A DNA stretch of 64,000 bases from Polyangiales bacterium (lineage in GTDB: Bacteria > Myxococcota_A > Polyangia > Polyangiales > JADJQN01), in assembly GCA_964202905.1 (NCBI GenBank), contig CAXNJO010000005.1, forward strand, positions 128,001 through 192,000. Direction: 5' to 3'. The notes beneath the pieces are model-generated. The model was not told where the DNA came from and did no database searches. It saw nothing but the letters and a program-made list of their open reading frames with translations. The position numbers were made by a program, and so were the translations under genes. This document shows positions 60,335 through 64,000 of the stretch, piece after piece. Positions within the stretch are counted from its first letter, which is position 1. Every line of letters starts with the position of its first letter.

Positions 60335-61456
60335 ATGGCGGACGCAGCGGGGGAAGCGGACGCGGGCGCGCCGGGCCCGGCGGACACGGACGCGGCCGAG
60401 GCGGTGTCCTACGCGGGGATCGTCGGGCGCGGCGCGCCGATGCGCGCGCTCTTCCACATGCTCGAGCGTCTGCGCTCGACCACGGCGACCGTGCTCGTCA
60501 CGGGCGAGCACGGCACGGGCAAGGAGCTCGTCGCGCGCGCCGTGCACGCGCAGTCGCGCCGGGCAGCCGGACGCTTCGTCGCGACGAACTGCGGCGCGCT
60601 CAGCGACGCGCTCCTCGAGAGCGAGCTCTTCGGCCACCGTCGCGGTGCCTTCACGGGCGCGATGGCCGACAAGGCCGGGCTCTTCGAGGTCGCGGACGGC
60701 GGCACGTTCTTCCTCGACGAGGTGGGCGACATGTCGCCGGCGATGCAGGTGAAGTTGCTGCGCGTGCTGCAGGAGGGCGTGTTCTTCCCGGTGGGCGCCG
60801 TCGAGCCGCGCCGCGTGGACGTGCGCATCGTCGCCGCGACGAACCGCGACCTCGCCGGGATGGTCGCGCGCGGCACGTTCCGCGAAGACCTCTTCTACCG
60901 GCTGAACGTCGTCGCGCTGCGCGTGCCCGCGCTGCGCGAGCGCACGGAGGACATCCCGCTGCTCATCGCGCACGTCCTCGCGCGCCTCGCCGCGCGCGAC
61001 GGCCGCACCAAGACGTTGTCGCCGCGCGTGCGCGCCGCGCTCCTCGCGCACCCGTGGCCGGGCAACGTCCGCGAGCTGGAGAACGAGCTCGAGCGGCTCT
61101 GGGTGCTCGCGGGCGACGACGCGGTGCTCTCGGACACGCACCTCTCGGCCGCGGTCGCGCGGCGGCCGCCCATCCCCGAACCGCGCGCGGTCGGCAGCAC
61201 GGTGACGGACGCCGCGGGCGTCCCGGCGGAGTTCGCGGGGCTCTCGCTGCCGGCGGCCGTCGCGACGCTCGAGCGGCGCATGATCGCCGCCGCGCTCGCG
61301 CGCACGGGCGGCAACAAGACCCACACGGCCACCGCACTGGGCGTCAGCCGCCGCAACCTCATCCGCAAGGTGCGCGCGCTCGGCCTCGCACCGCACGCCG
61401 ACGATCCGGAGAATACGGAAGATCCGGGAGAAGACGAAAAATCAGGCGATCCGTGA
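60335..61456 (+). CDS. Sigma54 enhancer-binding protein without an N-terminal sensory domain
   Basis: [60 protein letters not shown]; only ~25 aa precede the AAA+ core. Confidence 0.92.
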   Translation: MADAAGEADAGAPGPADTDAAEAVSYAGIVGRGAPMRALFHMLERLRSTTATVLVTGEHGTGKELVARAVHAQSRRAAGRFVATNCGALSDALLESELFGHRRGAFTGAMADKAGLFEVADGGTFFLDEVGDMSPAMQVKLLRVLQEGVFFPVGAVEPRRVDVRIVAATNRDLAGMVARGTFREDLFYRLNVVALRVPALRERTEDIPLLIAHVLARLAARDGRTKTLSPRVRAALLAHPWPGNVRELENELERLWVLAGDDAVLSDTHLSAAVARRPPIPEPRAVGSTVTDAAGVPAEFAGLSLPAAVATLERRMIAAALARTGGNKTHTATALGVSRRNLIRKVRALGLAPHADDPENTEDPGEDEKSGDP

Positions 61457-61517
61457 CGTGCCGCCCACGTCGCGCCGCGGGCCTCGCGACGGGGCCCCAG
61501 CGCCGGGTGCGCTCCGC

Positions 61518-63633
61518 TCAGGGGCAGGTGCCGCCGAGCCCCTCGGCGAGCGCCGTGACCTCGCTGATCGCGGGGTTGTCGGGCACGAGGCGACAGAAGC
61601 GCTGGTAGGCGGCGAGCGCGTCGCCGATCCGGCCGGAGCGTCGGAAGCAGTCGCCCTGCAATTTCAGCGTGATCGCGGGCGCGCCTGCCGCGAGCGCGCG
61701 CTCGACGAGCGTCGAGCAGGCCTCGGGCTCACCGCGCGCATACGCGCGACGCGCCTCGGCGAGCAGCGAGGCCGGGGTCGCGGGGGGCTCGGCGGCGGGC
61801 GCCGAAGGCAGTGCCTCGGGTGGGGACGCCGACGCGCGCGCAGGTCGTCCTGCCGGCGGGCGCGGAGGCACCGCGCGATCCGCGGAGGCCGAGGCGGCGG
61901 CGGACGCGGGCGGCGGTGGGGCAGGCTGCGACGGGGCAGGCTGCGACGGAGCAGGCAGCGACGGGAGAGCCTGCGTCGGGGCCGGCAGCGACGGGGACGC
62001 GGGCGGCGCCGCGGCGCCCGACGGGGCCTTCGCGGGCATGGGCGGCGCGGGGGCGGGCGGCGCGAAAGCTGGCGCGGGAGCGAGCCCCGGCGCAGAGGCC
62101 GGATGCCCCGAGAGCACGGACGCCGGACGCGCGGGAGCGCGGTGCGCCGAGAGCCAGCCGAGCGCGGCCATCACGGCGATCATCGAGGCCGCGCCGGCGA
62201 GCAGCGCGACGACCAACACGGCGAGACGCACGAGGCCGGGCCCCGCGCGACGCATCCCGGGGATCGCGTCGACCTCGACCTGATCCGGCGACGCGAATCC
62301 GCGCGCCGGACCGGACACGCCAGCATGGTGTCCGGGCCCGACGGCGCTGGCCGCCGACGCCGACCCCGCGCCGCGTGGCGCCGAGGGAGGCGCCCAAGGC
62401 GCGGACGGGCCCGGCGCTGCCTCGCGCGACGCCGCCTCGTGCCCCGCGCGCGGTCCGGCAAGCGGCGCGTCGACCGACCGGGGAGGCGCCGCGATCGGCG
62501 CGACGCGCGCCGCCGCGAAGCCCGAGGCGTGCCCGGCGCGAGCTCCTCCGGCGAGGGCGCCGACGGCGCCGCGGCCGGCGTGCGCGCCGTCGCGCCGAAG
62601 GTCGGGCCCTGCGCGAGCGTCGCGACCGACGCGCGATCCGAGAGGCCCGCGACGCCGAGGGCCTCGGGCGCGGCCTGCATGCTCCGAGCACGGCCGTCGC
62701 CATGCCCGCCCGCGCGCGCGCCGGTTCCGGCCTGCTCGCGCGGCCGACCGCCGCGGTGAACGCATTCGCGAGCTCTTCCGGCGTCGCGTAGCGGGCCTCT
62801 CTCGCGCGCGCCATCGCCCGCACGACGACGCTCTCGACCTCGGGGGGCAGATCCCCGCGCACGCTGCGCAGGGGCGCGAAGCGGCCGTGCAGGATGGACA
62901 CGATGAGGTCGCTCGGCGTCGCCCCGAGGAAAGGCGGCTGCCCCGCGAGCGCCTCGTAGAGGATCACGCCCAGCGCGTACACGTCGACGCGCGCGTCGAG
63001 GTCCTGATCCGCCGCGAGCTGCTCCGGCGCCATGTAGCGTGGCGTGCCGAGCAGCTGGCCCGTCTGCGTGAGGCGCTCGGAGCCGAAGACCTTGGAGATC
63101 CCGAAGTCGAGGAGCTTCACCGTCGGCGCGCCATCACCGGGCGCCCCGGCGAGGAAGATGTTCTCCGGCTTGAGATCGCGGTGCACGACGCCGCGCGCGT
63201 GCGCCGCGGCGAGGGGCGCGCAGACCCCGGCGAGCAGGGGCGCGACATCGCCCGGTTCCATCGCGCCGCAGCGACGCATGTGTGCGCCGAGCGTCTCGCC
63301 CGTGAGCAGCTCCATGGCGAGAAAGAGCGTGTCGTCCTCGAGCGCGCCGAACGTCTCGACGCGCACGATCCCCGGGTGCACGAGCGCCTGCAGCAGCTCC
63401 CCCTCGCGCCGGAACCGGGAGGCGGCCTCCGGGATCGCGCACAAGTCCGCGCGCAGGATCTTCAAGGCGACGGGGCGCGAGGTCGCGAGGTCGGTCGCGC
63501 GGTAGACCGCCGCCATGCCGCCTTCGCCGATCAGCGCCTCGACCCGGAAGCGCCCGGCGACGACGCTCCCCGGCGGCCGCCCCTCGCCACGGGTGCGCTC
63601 GAACGTCGCTGCCTTCGCCATCGGTGCGGCCAT
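61518..63633 (-). CDS. Membrane Ser/Thr kinase with Pro-rich linker and C-terminal TPR-like domain (frameshifts at ~62684 and ~62530)
   Basis: GEGGMA, VALK, HRDLKPEN, DFG, GTPRYMAPE; continues through ORFs 62180..62680 and 61518..62765 (TM LAVLVVALLAGAASMIAVMAALGW; TPR-like helices). Confidence 0.88.
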
Positions 63634-63718
63634 GATCCGCAGTCCGGCTCGCGGCGTCAACGCGCTCCGACGCGGACGCGGACGCGAACGCGGGTCGACG
63701 GCTCACGCCGCCGGGCGC

Positions 63719-64000
63719 TCACCAGAGCCAGAGCGTGACGCAGCGCGTGACCCAGACGGTCAGCGACACGAGCGCGAGCACGAGCGCCCAGCGCTCGACC
63801 GCCAGCCGCTCGAGCACGGGCACGACCGCCCAGCCGCGCGCGAGCCCCAGCAACGCGAGCGGCACGGTCGTCGCGGACACGAGGAAGAGCAGCACGCCGA
63901 ACGCGTTGGCGCGCGCCGCGTCGATGACGTGCCCGTCCGCCATGTTGGCGAACGCCGTCGTGAGCCCGCACCCGGGGCAGGGGTAACCCGTCACGACGAG
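63719..64000 (-). CDS. DUF2752-family membrane protein (5' end outside window)
   Basis: TGYPCPGCGLTTAF..G..AARAN.FG followed by TM helices. Confidence 0.85.
   Translation of the reverse strand, partial: LVVTGYPCPGCGLTTAFANMADGHVIDAARANAFGVLLFLVSATTVPLALLGLARGWAVVPVLERLAVERWALVLALVSLTVWVTRCVTLWLW

Overview
Very GC-rich bacterial DNA (about three-quarters G+C by eye) with a typical Myxococcota (Polyangiales/Sandaracinaceae-like) gene set: Ser/Thr kinases, sigma54 enhancer-binding proteins, PEGA/TPR proteins, Cys-rich lipoproteins, MYXO-CTERM tags. Housekeeping genes include pyk, a UbiD-family decarboxylase, cysK, acyl-CoA dehydrogenase plus thiolase, a FadF-like Fe-S oxidoreductase, tRNA-Pro(CGG), rsmB and rseP. 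The standout is a ~21 kb minus-strand, five-gene cluster (46957->26082): a TPR protein, a Cys-rich lipoprotein, and three MYXO-CTERM surface proteins. All three carry the same N-terminal ~110-130 aa head with a conserved CxxCH (haem c attachment-type) motif in a temptin-like scaffold. The heads sit on Ca-binding repeat stalks of very different length (whole proteins ~825, ~3600 and ~1750 aa; MopE-type or cbEGF repeats). The cluster is divergent from an SO2930-type dihaem cytochrome c lipoprotein gene. An isolated fliP/sctR and fliO pair with a 41-aa basic ORF between them lies next to it. About a dozen single-base frameshifts, several in homopolymer runs or repeat units, suggest long-read assembly errors. 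All family assignments are by motif recognition from memory; no searches were run.
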